Below are positions 1-14,390 of a stretch of 64,000 bases of DNA, in pieces; positions within the stretch are counted from its first letter, which is position 1, and each line of letters starts with the position of its first letter. Under the pieces are notes generated by a model. The model was not told where the DNA came from and ran no database searches. It was given only the letters and a program-made list of their open reading frames with translations. A program made the position numbers and the translations under genes. This stretch comes from Blasia pusilla (taxonomy: Eukaryota), in assembly GCA_050084515.1 (NCBI GenBank), contig CM114271.1:25978001-26042000 (forward strand). The letters are read 5' to 3'.

Positions 1-2887
1 ATCCCCTCCCTAAATACTGTATTTAAACCTCTCCTTCCAAACTTAGCAAATGGGAAAGCTATAATGCTTTCCACTTGTTATACAAATAGTATCACTTCTC
101 CAACTATACAACTAAGTATCAACACATGTGGGTGTGTCGTGGGAGGGGTGGAATACTTTACATTTATAAATAACTCCAACTCAACATTTATTTTAATAAT
201 TCTTTCATATGGTGGTATTTACAAAATGAAAGCCACAAATATTCTCAAAACATAAACTAAGATACACAATAACTACCCTATAACATGTCCTATGACATAG
301 CTAGAATGCATTCCATTTCCTATAAAGTGAGTAGATCATAAAAAAAAAATTGGAATACCTGTAGCAAATTGTAAAAATTCCTCCTAGACTTGTACTATCA
401 TCAAAGCTGCAATGCTTCCATTGTCTTCCACTAGCCTCTTCAAATATAATCTGAAATTGAATATTAAAACATTATGAAAAGTCCCAATATGGCTTTGCAC
501 GAAAACGTAATCATTTATGTTCATTATGCTATCGGTTGCGGGGAAGGTGGATCACTTGCCATAAGCAACTAAAATAAACTAGAATTCCATTTTATTGTAA
601 TATATCCAGTAGAACATATTGCCCCGTGTATCCTAACAAATAGTTGGAATGCCTTTCATGTCTACAAAATAACTATAGCATTACTTGAATAATGGTGAAG
701 GTGGAATGCTCTACATTAGCGTAATAATAATTCCACTGAATAGCTCATGTATCTCGCAAAGCGCGTCGCCCTATATTTCCTATAATATAGTTGAAAAACC
801 TTCCATTTTCAACCACATAACTCTAATATATTATACTTAAACCACTCCTCACAAAGTTATCAAGTGGTAAAGGTAAGGGTATAAAACTTTCCATTACCAA
901 CCCACAATAGTATAATATTGCTACCCTAAATGCCTTAGGAAAGATAGCAAGGCTTTATAAATAGGAATGCTAGAAGAAGACAGCTGGAATGTCTTCCTTT
1001 TGCTACCAGATACTAGAATGCCTCCCTTCCATATTTATGGTATATAAAATATGATATGTAGGGATTGAAATGTTAATGACATTTCAATCCCTACATATCA
1101 TATTTTATATTTAAAACTTTAATATCTAAAAAATTCAATATTCCAAGAATGGACTACATAATGCTATCCATTACTATGATTGTGGGAAAGGTAGAATGCT
1201 TTTTACTTGCCACAAACTTATTATGCGATTTTTCCTTAGCGTATTTAAACAATTTCTTCCATGGTTACTTTAGTCAAGTTGAAATTGATTTCGTTTTCTC
1301 CCAAATAACCATAATACATGAATATATATGACTTTTTTTATCTCTACATATCGTATATAAATAATTCCTTGCAAAATCCTAAACAAGAAAGTTTGCATGT
1401 TTTCTATTTTCTAGCAAACAACTATAACATATGAAAAGTACTAACTACTCCAACTGTAACTAGGGCTAATGGTTATAGTTGGAGTAGTTGGAAATTTTGA
1501 ACACCTACAAAAATATAAGGACTCTCAATATATCTACGTATGATAACATAATGCTTTCCGTTCGAGTCTCTACCAAAAATCTATTGGTTTTCCAATTATA
1601 CAATAAATCATCATTAGATGTGGATAAAATGTGTAAAAAAGGTGGAATTCTTGTGCTTTCAAGAAGCACAAGAATGCCTGCCACATTTTATCTTTTAAAA
1701 TAATACTCCTTAATTTTATGGGACTCTTAATTATAAACCGGAATCATTTCCACAAATCTATGAAGTTTATTTCAACGCTCTACACGTAAAAAGATATGAA
1801 CATTCCAAGGACGGTGAAAAAAATTTGCTTTTGGTTTTTTTGGCTAAGGGAACGGTGTGAGGCTTTCCATTAACTACTTAGTAATCTATTTAGTAATGTT
1901 TCAAGTAGATCACCTTGCCCTAACTACCCTACAAGATGGTTGGAATTCATGCCTTCGGCTAAAAAATACCTCTAGCATTAATTTTATATTCTTTTCATAC
2001 CGTATTTGAAAATTTCCACCAAAAATCTTAAGAAGGGAAAGCTAGCGGGTTTGCTTTTAAATCTATACCAAACAAGTATCAGTTCTACAAGCATAGGCAT
2101 GGACGATAGTATAATGACTTCCAAAAATTACGCTTTGGTTAAGGTGGAATACTTTGCTTGCCATTGGAAAGTTAGCATATATGAGTATAATTTATGGATC
2201 CCTTTACTTAAGTAATATGTTGGTGTCACCATGGTTGAAGGCATGGATGATTTATTAGGTATCTTATTGATATGCTACAATGCTTTCTATTTGTTGTGAA
2301 ATACATGCCATATACTTTAGAGTTCCATGTGTAAACTAAAAGAATTAATACTTTTGATACGATATTATGACGTTTGAATCACCATAAGTGGTTTTTGGAA
2401 TAATTTTCACTTGCTTTGAACTTACTATTGGATCCCTTCAAGAGTATTTGATATTCAATAATTTCAAGGTAGATGGTTTTTATCAATGTGAACACTATCT
2501 ACCTAAAATTAATCGATACACAAAATATGTCTATAAAAATGTTTTTGGAAAAAAAAGATTTAATATTCAAACAAAGTTATGAAGAGGCGTAAATCCTTTC
2601 AGTGAAGATAATATTGACCTCAAATATTGTGGCTCATATCCACACATTTATTAAATATTTAGTACAATTTTTATCAATTTAGTATAATGGATGGAGAAAA
2701 TTTCAAAACATGTGCATCATTTTGGTAAGCAATCATTTATATTTCTCAACCTCTCTTCTTCTATGTCGATTTGCTTCTTACATACGGCCCATTACACTTT
2801 CCACTCACAATTCAAGAGGAAAGCTATAGTGTTTGGCTCATCTATTGCCCTTTCTTTCTTCTCTTTATCAGCAATTGCACATATGGT
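1..2887. repeat. Old, degenerate AT-rich repeat region (recurring GGAATGCT/CTTCC-type motifs); left flank of the CACTA insertion
   Basis: About 1079-1440 aligns by eye, in the same orientation, with about 21332-21700 on the far side of the CACTA. Shared blocks include ACATTTCAATCCCTACATATCATATTTT and AAATAATTCCTTGCAAAA. No credible ORF. Confidence 0.55.
1042..1110. repeat. Perfect 32-bp inverted repeat with 5-nt loop
   Basis: ATATAAAATATGATATGTAGGGATTGAAATGT (1042-1073), loop TAATG, exact reverse complement at 1079-1110. Confidence 0.95.
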
Positions 2888-3610
2888 CACTAGAAGAAAT
2901 CGGTGGTTTTATGACTAGGTTATATGACTCATATGAGTCAAATTTAACATACCACGACTAACAATGACTAACGACTACTTTAGACACAAAAGCCAAGTCA
3001 TATTTGTTTGGCGACAAGGCTAACTAGGATGGTCAACTTAGGTGGAGGTTAGTATATGACTCGAGGGTGTAGTCATGAGGCCATGACTACCACGTCACTC
3101 AGATGACGTGGAATAATGACACATCATCAATGACATGGACTATTTAGTGTGATGTGTCACTGATGACATGGACTATTGCTGTGACATGTCACTGATGATG
3201 TGGACTTGAGTACGACTCGTCTAGTCATATATGTATATTTTTCTAGTTACCACCAACGACTCCTTTAATCATGGTTGGTGTGCAAAAGTTCATAATATCC
3301 TATCAAAATGCACCAAGTATACTCCATTAAGTTATAGTTGGCAACTCATGTAGTCATTTTATTTTATTGAAATGTTGGTATGGACTCATGTAGTCATGTA
3401 CTATGACTAGAAGAGTAGAGTTACGTGACTACTATAAAAGAGGACACAACTGGTTTAGTTACGAAGATATGACTATGTGAGTAGCAGAAATTATATAGCC
3501 ATTGCAACAGAACTGCATGAGTCATACAATTATGACTAGAGAGAACTTGAAGCTTACTACTTTAGTTTTTGAAGAATACTATGCAAGTTATATTGATATG
3601 ACTAGTGGGA
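2888..3610. repeat. CACTA left subterminal region: ATGACT(A)/(T)AGTCAT motifs plus about four copies of a roughly 32-bp repeat (GTCACTGATGACATGGACTATT...) at about 3094-3210
   Basis: Motifs are directly visible in both orientations. Subterminal repeats are the known TnpA-binding architecture of CACTA elements. Confidence 0.75.
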
Positions 3611-3925
3611 ATATAAATTTTGGATATTTTGGGATGTTTATTATGCCTTTTGAACGGTGCAAGAATGAATGGATCTGAATTATTGAAATCCTCTTTTGAA
3701 AACAGATTTTGAGGGGTGGAATGTCACTTAAGAGTAGCTTCCATACACCAAATTACAAAATTAATCATTATTACATGGGGTTATCATTCAAAAATAGATA
3801 AAAAAACAAAGATAAAATATAGTAGGGTTTATGATCTCATCTTGAAAGAGCAAGAGAGATTATGTCATCCATGAAAACAAAGTTATTGCACCTTAGATAG
3901 TTGGGTGCCAAAAGAAAAGACTATT

Positions 3926-6900
3926 CTATTGAATCACCTTTCTCATATGCATCTCTGGCCACAACATGCTTGAACCAAGAGCATCACCAAATGTTTCTTG
4001 TGCAGGTTCGTCTATCAAATTCGGCATCCACAAAGCATGATTTGGTTCGAACACCTCGTTTAGATCAAACCTCACCACGCCTAAGGGGATGTCTTTGGCA
4101 TGGAACTTGTCTCTTCCACCAAAACCTGATATAACTCCTGACCCAAGCACCATCCTACTCAACTTTGGCTTGGTGAGTAATACGTGATCACCAATTCGTA
4201 GCTAAAAAAATACATGTGCATTAAGTTAGTATCAATTCAAATTCTTTCCACATGCATTTGCATCATTAATCTGAAAATAAAAAATTGCTATGATATACCT
4301 GTTTGAAAGACCATCCCCATTTCGGAAGATGATGTGAAAAGTTCACAAGTCCTAGACAACCATTTGACTGTCCACAACAAGAATTATCAGTGTCGTCATA
4401 TAAACCTTGAATAGAAGAGGCCATTATAGATGAGATAAATTACCTAAGTTATTTTCTTAGACGAGCCTGATCTGATTTCACTTTCCTGCTCATTCAAACC
4501 ATCAGATTGTAGCCTAGACTTTTGTCTTTTGGCTGGTGATGATTTGGCTTGGCTATCCATACTCACGTTTTCTGCACATTATGCACGACAAAGTCCATTG
4601 AAGGTTGTAGGAAGAAATGAGTTTTGTTTCGTGGATAGTTTGAAAACTATGCCACAGATAAATTCATTATGCCAAGGATGACATACTTACGAGTGATTCG
4701 AGTATCACCATCTGCACTTTCTGTGGAACTTCTCCTTTCGTTGCTCCGTTCTGGCACTTCAACAAACAACCCAAGTATTGAGAAATGAATTGTAAAACCT
4801 GATTCTTCACTTCAACAAGTAATTATATTATAAGACCCTACATGTAGTGAAGCTAAACTCTCTACTTACCACCAGATTGTGTAGTTGCCATTGCCTCTTT
4901 TTGTGTGGAGATCTTCCTCTTCCTAATTGTATGGTCAGAGAGCGTTGGTATAGGTTCAACAAAGGATGTAAGTTACTCAAAACAAAGAAAGTCAGTTGTG
5001 AAATGCTCATTCTGGAAAGGACAAGTAGTTATAACCATTGAAAACCAAGGGCGGAAGAATGAGAATGGGCTACCTGATGTGAGCTTCTCATCTGTTGTTG
5101 CATATGGTTGAGAATTGGATGGGGGGGAACTAGAAATCTGGTGTGGTGTTGAAGACACATCCTTTGAAGTAAGTTTGGACACCATTCCTGTCGCAACCCT
5201 CATGACCAAACAAGTGCCAAGCGGAACATTGGAACATTAGCGGACTCACGCTAAGATGGTTTGCGCGTTGGAGTTGTCTCAAAGAGGAGACAAGAGACGA
5301 GACGCGAGCGAGGAGTCGCGTTTCAGGTGTTATGGTCGCGACTGAGAAACCTGGACCAAACGCGGAATGAGACTTGAAAGAAGTCGAGTCTAGGAAGTGG
5401 GTTGCCAAAAGGAAGATCCGGATTTGGAACGCCACTAGCGTTTGAGAGTTTCCGACTGTATTTATGGCCATAACTTTTAGCGCCGAAATGCGTTTGGAGC
5501 AAATAAGGATGTGTTGGAAAGCTTATGGAGAGCCGGTCCAAACGCACCAAAGATCGCTGCAAACGCATAAGCAGCGGCCGAGATACGACCTGAAAACGAC
5601 TGTAAGTGGAGTCGGATTGAGGGCCACAATGAAGGGCCCGACCCTCTTTTCCCAAAGGGGAGGGGTTATTGAGAGAACCCGTAAGTACTAGTAAGGGGAA
5701 GGTCTCCGAGAGTGCTTGGAACCCAAACCCCACTTTGGGCGCCGGAGGGCTCAAGGGCATGGAACGGAACGCGAGTTTGGGGGTTGGGTTGGAAAACTTG
5801 CACCAAGTCCAGTGAGGCGATTTTAGACATCCCTCTTGGATTCCACCCCGCGACTCAATTACTTGCGTCTCGGTTCGGAACTCACCTGGAGGACCGTTGA
5901 ACAGTTGGGATCGCTAGGCACGCAAATGCCGTTTCAGATCCTTGGACTAACCAGAAAGTCTGTTCCAAGTCTTGAAGGACTTGCCATGTGTTGGAAGCTA
6001 GGAACTAAGGAAGGTTGAGCTTGATGAGACGCCGAGTTGAGGACTCGGTGGGTTGGAACGCCGGTTGGCCAAACCTGACTAACGAGAGTGTGTGTTTGGG
6101 TGCAGATCGGCGATGAGTTCGTGACCTACTGAACGCACGCTTCCGCAACACTAAAGATTGACGTTCAAGGAGAGTAGGGGCGCGATAATTCCCATTAGTA
6201 CACTTAATACCTTGTTCTGCCGTTCCATCTGCAACTTCACATCATCCAAATCTACGCTCCACTTCTTTTCCACTTCTTCCAATTGAATAGTGACTCTAGA
6301 TTCCACACTCTGCATATATAATCCAACGATCAATTAGGTACCAAAAAACTATGGTTTTGCAATTACACACTTAGATACAATTATGATACTAACACCATAA
6401 TTCAACATGATTAAGGATATGATACTAACTCCATGATCCAATCAGATGAAGGTCATAATACTAGCCATGTCAAGCCAACGGGTAAGAAAAGAGTTATGCA
6501 TTTACATTTACCGATGAACTCAATTGTGTGAAACCTGATTGCTTAGGCAACTCGTTTCTCTCCATACATTCTAGCCCCGTGCCCAAGGACTCCTTTGAGG
6601 TACGTTGTTGCACCTGCACATGCTCCTTAAATACATTAATTATGAAATTCATGCATGTGAAAGGATTCAATGCAAATATGGAAATGAAACAATAATGGAA
6701 GTTTTCTACCATTACATAACTTTAGCAAGAAAACTAGGGAATGCCAAGATGACTTACATCAAGTCCATCTGAACCTGCACGGCCGGAGAAATTTAAAGTA
6801 TGGACCTTGGCCCTTGCTCGAGCCATCTTTTCTGCCTTCATTTTGCCCTCCTCGGAGAGCCAATAATCTACTAATCGATTCCATGACTCCTCATTGGTAT

Positions 6901-8920
6901 CAGGGTGACATGGGACTGCTCGATGAGCCCCATGTAATGTCCAATAGTTCTTGACATTGGATCGCTCGGTTTTCAATAGTTGTGCTATTTTTTTCTTCAT
7001 GAAATCAAGTGAAAGAGATGATGCACCCACATATGTGTATGCCTCAAGGATGTGATTCTGAACAGCAGCCATGCATATAGAAATCTATTTACCAATCTCA
7101 ATGCATGATAAGTCCAAGTACCTCATCACCCATACCTTCAATTCATTTAGCCAAGGCTCATAACCAGGAACTCTAGGCGACGGAATACCATTTGGCATGA
7201 GCTCACATCTAGGTTTTAAGTTTTTCTCCTTCCTAATAGAGACATCACGAGTCCACAAATCACGCTTTGTGCGACTCTGCCGCTCTCCTACAAATATACC
7301 ACCATCCCAATTCTCAGATGTAAAAAATGTAGGGCCGACGATTATAAACTCACCAAATCATAATTATGTTGAACTATATTAACTATAAGACCAACTAATA
7401 CTAGTAACAGTTTCACACCTTTCATAATACAACAACCTATTTTAGTATAAATTTGCAAACTCGGAACCAAGTGAGAAGTCACCTTTAGATACACCTGCTT
7501 GCGGGGTCAAATTTTCTGATGGGCTTGGTGTTGTGCAAGATTGAGACCTACTACGGTATAATTCGTCATCCGTATTCCCGTTGGTGAATGGAGGTGCCAA
7601 CGGTGTTGGGGGTGGCGGTTGGGATGGCCCATGTCCCTTGTGTCCACAAAAGAAATACAATTAACTAGGTAGACTTCCAATTAATTGAATTCCCGTGTGC
7701 AAAACAAGAAAGAACAAAATAGTAAGCCTACTTACCCATGGGGGTGGGATGTTCATGGATGATTGAGCTCCATTGGTCCATGGTGGCTGAAATTGACTTC
7801 CATAACCCATCGGTGATTGCATCATCATTGGTACCCACCACGGCATCTGGCTCTGTGCCCATGGGGGTGGATGAGGGGGATATGCTTGCGAAGGCATTAT
7901 GGGTTGTGATGGAGTTCCATCCATGGGCTGCACATGCAAGTAAATGGGTGAATAAACTAAACTAGAGACCATTTGATGAGCAAAGATTAGTGAAGTCATA
8001 ATGACAGGCTTCTACCACTCAATTTATTACATACCAATCATACATATAGAGATAGTTGAATATTCCTCCATGTCTACAATTATATTACCGCATCGTTTGT
8101 ATTGCTGGAATTTCGTACACTTCCTTGTTTGGATGGTTGGATTGGACGCTCCTTTGCTTGAGGCTATTCAAAACACATATTTCATTGTGAGTTAACACAG
8201 TAGTCATATTTCATCTGAAGAGAGTAGCAAAACAACAAGATGTGAAGAGAAAGTACCCTCCCATCCTCCAGCCACAAGTCGTCATTCTCTTCAGTCCCCA
8301 AGAAGTACATCTCAAGGAGTGGATTATAATAGGGGTCTTTGGAATCACTATCTGAACAATCTTTTTGAATCTTCTCGGGGATTACACTTTGGTTAGTGGC
8401 CTTCTCCTCCAACCGTAAGCTGCGTCTTTGTGGAAGGGAAGGATTCTTAAATGGCAAAGGCTTGCGCTCTTTCACAACCCTTGGAGCAACAAACTTTCAA
8501 AATATGATCACACAAATTCTGTCATATTTCCTAATGTACAACCACTATATGAACATGATACACTTGACCAAATAAAGCAAAAGAAAAATATTATCCAAGA
8601 TCATACTTACCAATCCTTCAACCCACCAAACAACTCCGCCTCTTTGGCCTTTCTCTCTTTCACTCTACGATTCCTTTCTTCTTCGTATGGATTAGGACTT
8701 TGTTGAACATTATCTATACCATCCCAAGATGAACTCTGATTGGATTCCACGTTCTCTTCAGTCATATCAGGTACACCGTTCCAAGCGCCTCCCTCCCCTC
8801 CTCAGAGCGACAAGTTAGCAAGAATAACACCTAACTTGACGGAGTTCGAGAGTTCTACTTGTTGCCGTAGAGTTTCATTCCATCATGCCCAACAACACCA
8901 GAATTCACTTACATCCTCAT
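3926..8920 (-). pseudogene. Multi-exon TnpA-like (CACTA ORF2) gene, disrupted
   Basis: 6734-7072 SWNRLVDYWLSEEGKMKAEKMARAR...SGRAG resembles the Ptta/En/Spm (Transposase_24-like) motif. 3926-4162 G.ISG..HAKDIPLGVVRFDL..TFGDALGSSMLWP resembles the Tnp1/En/Spm C-terminal domain. NPYEEERNRRVKE motif near 8690, plus Pro/Gln-rich exons. In-frame stops and a solo-LTR insertion. Exon boundaries are approximate. Confidence 0.65.
5189..6187 (-). mobile_element. Solo LTR (999 bp) nested in the CACTA element
   Basis: Begins TGTCGCAA, ends GCGCGATA (CA mutated to TA). Perfect 5-bp TSD ATTCC at 5184-5188 and 6188-6192. Homologous along its length to 31087-32107 in the opposite orientation. Strand is relative to that copy. 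Confidence 0.9.
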
Positions 8921-8995
8921 AACAAAAGTCAATTATTTGAATCATACCAAAAAAAGACACAATGATGAGTACCAAAAAAACAACTATGAACTAAT

Positions 8996-11900
8996 CTAAT
9001 CTGATTTTGAGTTATTAGAGTCTGAATCAACATCTTCTATCATATTGCATACATGGATTATTGGCACATGTTGGACATCCACTCTAGCAGTTTCCATCTC
9101 TGCATCACTTAGGACTCTAGCTCCTAAGGAACTTGCATCTGGTAGATTCCCTGGTTCCATGCATGTGGCATGGAAGGTGGGCAAAACATTACAAGCTCCA
9201 TCTAGCGACTCTAAGTCATCAAAATAAACTCTCCGGGCTCTAGCTTCCTTTCTCATTACCACTTTCCATCCTCCACCCTCATTGGCATCTCCATAAAACA
9301 CTTGTTGCACTTGTGATGGGAAAACAAATGGCTGATGATCTAATGGCTCGCATGACCTCAAGTTGGCCAACACAAAACCCTTCTTATCTAATTTCATGGA
9401 TCCTACTCTTGAATCCCAATCTGCTTTAACCCACCGCCCTCGCATTAGTATTATGGGTTGTTCTACAACCCCATAATCAAGTAAGAGAATATCAACCAAC
9501 ACCCCAACATATGAGTATAAACAATTCTGGTTGGAACTCTTTTCTACACCTATTCCACTATCATAAGTGGAGAAGGGTGTCGCACCACTTGGCCCTTCTA
9601 CCCTAAAGTGGTTTCCGTAGGCTTTCATACTCTTGAATGACAATGCCCTACTATTAGGAGGTATAGCTAACGATAGTAGGTGAGCATCATGATCTTTTGA
9701 GTTGTCAATAGCATCCTGTGTAATGGCAAGGCGAATCCACTTTTCAAAAGGAATGTCTCTCAAACATGACTGATATTTCCTGTTCAATAACAATGTTAAT
9801 GGTATTAGTACATTCTTTTGTATTTAATGTGTCAATACCAAAATAATATACACTTTGAGAGTCCGAACCGTAATTCACATAACTATAACCTTGAAAAGCA
9901 TATATTGGAGAGTTTTACCTTTGCCAATCAACCATGACCTCTGTATTATGCAACACATAATGATGTGCTAAGTTGATCATTTCTTGCGAAAGTCGAACTT
10001 GAGTGCCTGCACCTTCTAGCTCCTCACCAACGACCCCCTCTGCCTCCCCATCATCCCACACTCGCGTCCGCACGTCTTCAAACCTTTTCATATACTCAGT
10101 CACAAACCCTAATGCCTCGTCCTTCACATACCCTTCTGCCATACTCCCCTCTGGTCTAGCTTTAGACCGTACATATTTCTTCATGTACCCCATATATCCC
10201 TCCATTGGATACATCCATCGACATGATACTGGCCCACACATGTCAAATTCTTCTACGACATGAATCAACAAATGTGTCATCACGTCGAAGAAAGATGGAG
10301 GGAAGTGCATTTCAAATAGACAAAGGGTTATGGCAGTCTCTTCCAAGAGTTTGTCAAATAAAGTTGGATCATATACCCTTGTACACACCATTCTAAAAAT
10401 TCCGGATAATCTAATAACCACCATTCTCACGTGGTCCTTCAGAAGACCACGGATGCAATAAGGAAGGACTTGCTGAATGAAGACATGGTAATCATGTGAT
10501 TTCATATTGCCCAATTTTTTATTAACCATATGCTTGGAGAGTTCTTCACAATATCCAGATGGCACTTTCAAGTTTTGAATCCTCGAAAGGAAAGTGTTCA
10601 AGTCACGGGGAGATAGACAATAATCGGAAACTGGTTTAAGCAAAACTTGAGGTTTACTAGGATGGGGTTGCAACCACAAATGGGATCGAATCCCACGGGC
10701 CTCCAGATCTCTCCTTACTTTCACAGTATCTTTCACTCCAAATAAGGTCTTGACTAGATTCTCAACGATATTCTTCTCAACGTGCATTACATCTCACGTA
10801 TGGCATATAAGCAAATTCTGATTGTATCGTCAAGGAAGCATGGACATCTCACAACTTCAACATGATAGCTAATATCCACAATCAAATCAAACAAAAGCTA
10901 TCCTCCTCTATAGCCACTATTTCATAACATAAAGAATGGATAATATAGAGAAGAAGCAGGATACTGGCCAATATGGCAACGAATATAGTATACTCAGCCT
11001 TTTCACCCCAGTTGTCTTGTAGGGATCAGTAGGGCTGTCTTCTCGACCCCCACTCTCATCATATGCATGTTTTTCATTTGCCCATCCAATAATATCTCTG
11101 GAAAGTAGTCTAGGCACGTGTGGTCTAAGTTCTGCATTCTCGTTGAAGTGAGATCCATACCTACGGGTCCTCCATGGATGGCTCAATGGGAGATATCGAC
11201 GATGACAACCGTATATTGGCTTGCCACAAGACTTTGAAAAATCAGAATCCACTCGAGGCCCGCATATAGTACATCCTAGTTTTCCACCATGGCTCTGCCT
11301 AGCTACAGTTCCGTATGCCGGGTAAGGTAGCCCTAAACATGAAGTTCCAACTTCCGCCTACCTTCCGAACGTCATGAAATTGAACCCCTTTCCACATTTC
11401 TTGGAACTCTTCCACTAGAGGAAGCAAGTATGTGTCTATGTTTTTCCCATTTACACTCTCCTTTCCTGGCATGATCAAAGAGAGCATCACAAAGATTTTT
11501 TTTTTCTGGAGCGAGGGAGGCAAGTTATAATTAACAAGAAGCACGGGCCTTGTTGACCACGAACTCGACTTGTCTGAAAATGGATTCACTCCGTCCAAAG
11601 CTAGCCCAAACCTGCAATTCCTCTTCTCCTCGGCAAAGTCCGGATATAAGTTGTCCATGTGGCGCCATGCCTTGCAATCAGCTGTATGTCTTACTAAGCC
11701 ATCCTTGCTCTGATTCAAGGGGGCCCAGGTTAACAATTCAGACAACGTCTTGCATCTAAACATACGTCTCATCCGAGGTATGACAGAAAATGCCTTAATA
11801 CCTTACATGGTACCAACGTTCTACCCACTTTTCGAACCTTGGTTTCCCATAATGGACAGATCTCACTTCAGCCAAATCACCAGGAATAAAACACATCCAG

Positions 11901-12740
11901 GACACGCATGGACATCTTGTTGTAACCTAAGCCTAGTTTACCAATGAGTTTTTTTGCTACATAATAACTCGGTGGCGCCAAGTTCCCTGTTGGTAGGACC
12001 AACTTACAAAGGAGTTTCAAAAATTCGTCAATAGCTACATTTGGGACGCCATGGGTGGTTGGAATGTTGAATAGTAACATGACAAAAGCCAAAACAGATG
12101 TTTTCGCTGTAGGGAACAAGGGTTTGCAAGCTTCAGCAAGCTCCTCATATTCATCTCCATGATTGAATAGTGGTTCTTCGTTTGATATTCCCGGTTCTGG
12201 TAATTCATCAGATGGGAGAGATGTCTCTGCAGTTTCATCCTCGAGTATATGGTCGTATTTCTGGAAAATATCATTGAGCATTTTATGAACGTCAATGTGC
12301 TCGTCTATATCTGCCATGGAAGATCTCTCCCTTCCATCCACATGGAAGGTGGGGGCTGACTCCATTGTCTTATCCTCTTGGCTTCTTTTTTCAGCAAGAT
12401 CATGCATAAGCCACTCGTTATCTGAAGAGTCCCATCCATCCCTAGATTTTGGCACTCGACAAAGCGCCGAGCGTCCATTTTTTCTCAAATGTGCTTCCAC
12501 CTTGCCGATGGACAACGTAGACCCACCCTTACAGTCATTGCACGGACATCGCAATCTTTTACAGCCCAGCACACTAGCTCGTGTGCTTTTCCGTTGCCAC
12601 AACTTGGAATCGTGTGCCTTTACTCTAATTGGGTGGTTCAAATCCATTCTAAGGGGATTGGAAGTGAATTCCATAAGCGTGAATGGAACATTCCAAACAC
12701 ATCCAAAACCATGACATCTTCCCTCAATAACAAATTCCAC
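8996..12740 (-). pseudogene. CACTA TnpD-like transposase (transposase-associated Zn domain, Transposase_21, DUF4218-like, DUF4216-like), inactivated
   Basis: Motifs: RCPCNDCK; RHTADCKAWRHMD...RFGLALDGVNPF...VNYNLPP; MHVEKNI...MKSHDYHV...FPPSFFDVMTHLLIH...GPVSCRWMYPME...RPEGSMAEGY; PFVFPSQVQQVFY. GT-AG introns at about 10820-10965 and 9782-9918. Frameshifts near 11905 and 11320, and an in-frame TGA just before DVMHVEKN. Confidence 0.92.
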
Positions 12741-13785
12741 AAAGATCTAATGTACAGAGCTATCATCTGAATGCATACCCACGTGAAGTCAAGACAAGTA
12801 TGATAAGGCACATATACCTAACCTGGTTCTTATCTCGATGGAGATCTCAATCATCACTAACAATCCTCACCAATGTGGTCCAACGCTTCCAATGACATTC
12901 CTGAATGACAAATGTAACACACCCAACTTTAGATAATGACTCAATCCTTTGATATGTACACTTTATTATGGCCCTGGTCTAATATATTTTTCCAACAACT
13001 AAAGCAAGTGACTAACCCATGTGAAGGCGCAAGGAGAACAAGGAGAAGAGTGACGTACAAGTAAGTACTTGGTAGGTCAAGGAGTGAATGTCTCGGTCCC
13101 CTCCGTGATATTTGAGTCTTACTTTGCTCTTGTACTTGATACACAACACTAGTTGAGCCAAATTCAACCAATTCCATGGTCGGCGCGATATGTATATATA
13201 TAAAAAAGAGTTCTAATGTATGGAAAGCAAGAAAGCACTTGTTGCTCGAATGGGTGTAGAAAGACAAGCAAGTGAAGAAGATACTATATGAGAGGAGGGA
13301 GACACTCTCATATAGTGTGAGTGTTGACTAAACAACGTGTTTGTGCGGAGCTTCCACGTGTCATCCAAGAAACTGTTCACCAGACCATCTACTTTACCTG
13401 ATTGGGATCCCCAATAGACATTATTTACCACTGCAATAGCTTTGGGCAATGAATCAAGGCTACTGAATGTGTTGAACAATTCTGGTACTACCAGAATGAG
13501 AGAGAGAAAGACTATACTATCAAGTAGTGTCTGTCGTAGCCTTGCAACCATAGACCCCACGCCCTGGTTGGACAGTGCTTCAGAGCGGGATGGGTGTAGA
13601 GAGAGAAGCAAGTGAAGAAGGTACCTTGAACAATTCTGGTGCTACCAGCTTAGCAATATCAAAGATATGCTCACGAGGAATACGAATTTTGCGTAGGAAG
13701 CCAAGTAATGGCTAGATGCTTCGTCCTCATCGTCACAAAAGGCGAGCAAAATCACAATGATTTTGGAACTCCAAGTCCAATCAAG

Positions 13786-13917
<132 letters not shown>

Positions 13918-14235
13918 TCATTAAGTATGGACCATCTACGTTGCATTGCGATGACTGTTCACCAAACGGTAGGGGTAAGAAATCTGGTTCGATATGAGCA
14001 AAAGCTCCCTTGACGATACCGGATCACACAACATATGCAACTAGAATGTAGGGTTCTACAGCTCCGGAGAGAGTTATGAAGAAAGCCAACTGTGAGAATC
14101 AACTGTGAGTTACGCTTCATTTATATCCTCACAGCATAGATAGTTATCTACAACCGGAGTGAGTGAATTTCAAACACATTCTGCAAACTATTTTCAGTAG
14201 TTGTCTGTGTTTCAGCCGTAATCCGAGGAATATAT

Positions 14236-14390
14236 GCCAATTTTCCAAGCTGAACCCAGAACTATTCATATCCAACTTTACCTTTGCCAATTTCTCAACT
14301 GAACCCTTCACTACTGATGTCCGACTCTAAAATTCCCAATTGCCCAGCCGAACCCTTAACAACTGATATCCGACTCTACCATTTCCCAAC
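14236..14390. repeat. Roughly 49-50-bp tandem repeat, about 3 copies
   Basis: CCAATT...GAACCC...ACTGATATCCGACTCTA units start near 14236, 14286 and 14335. Confidence 0.75.
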
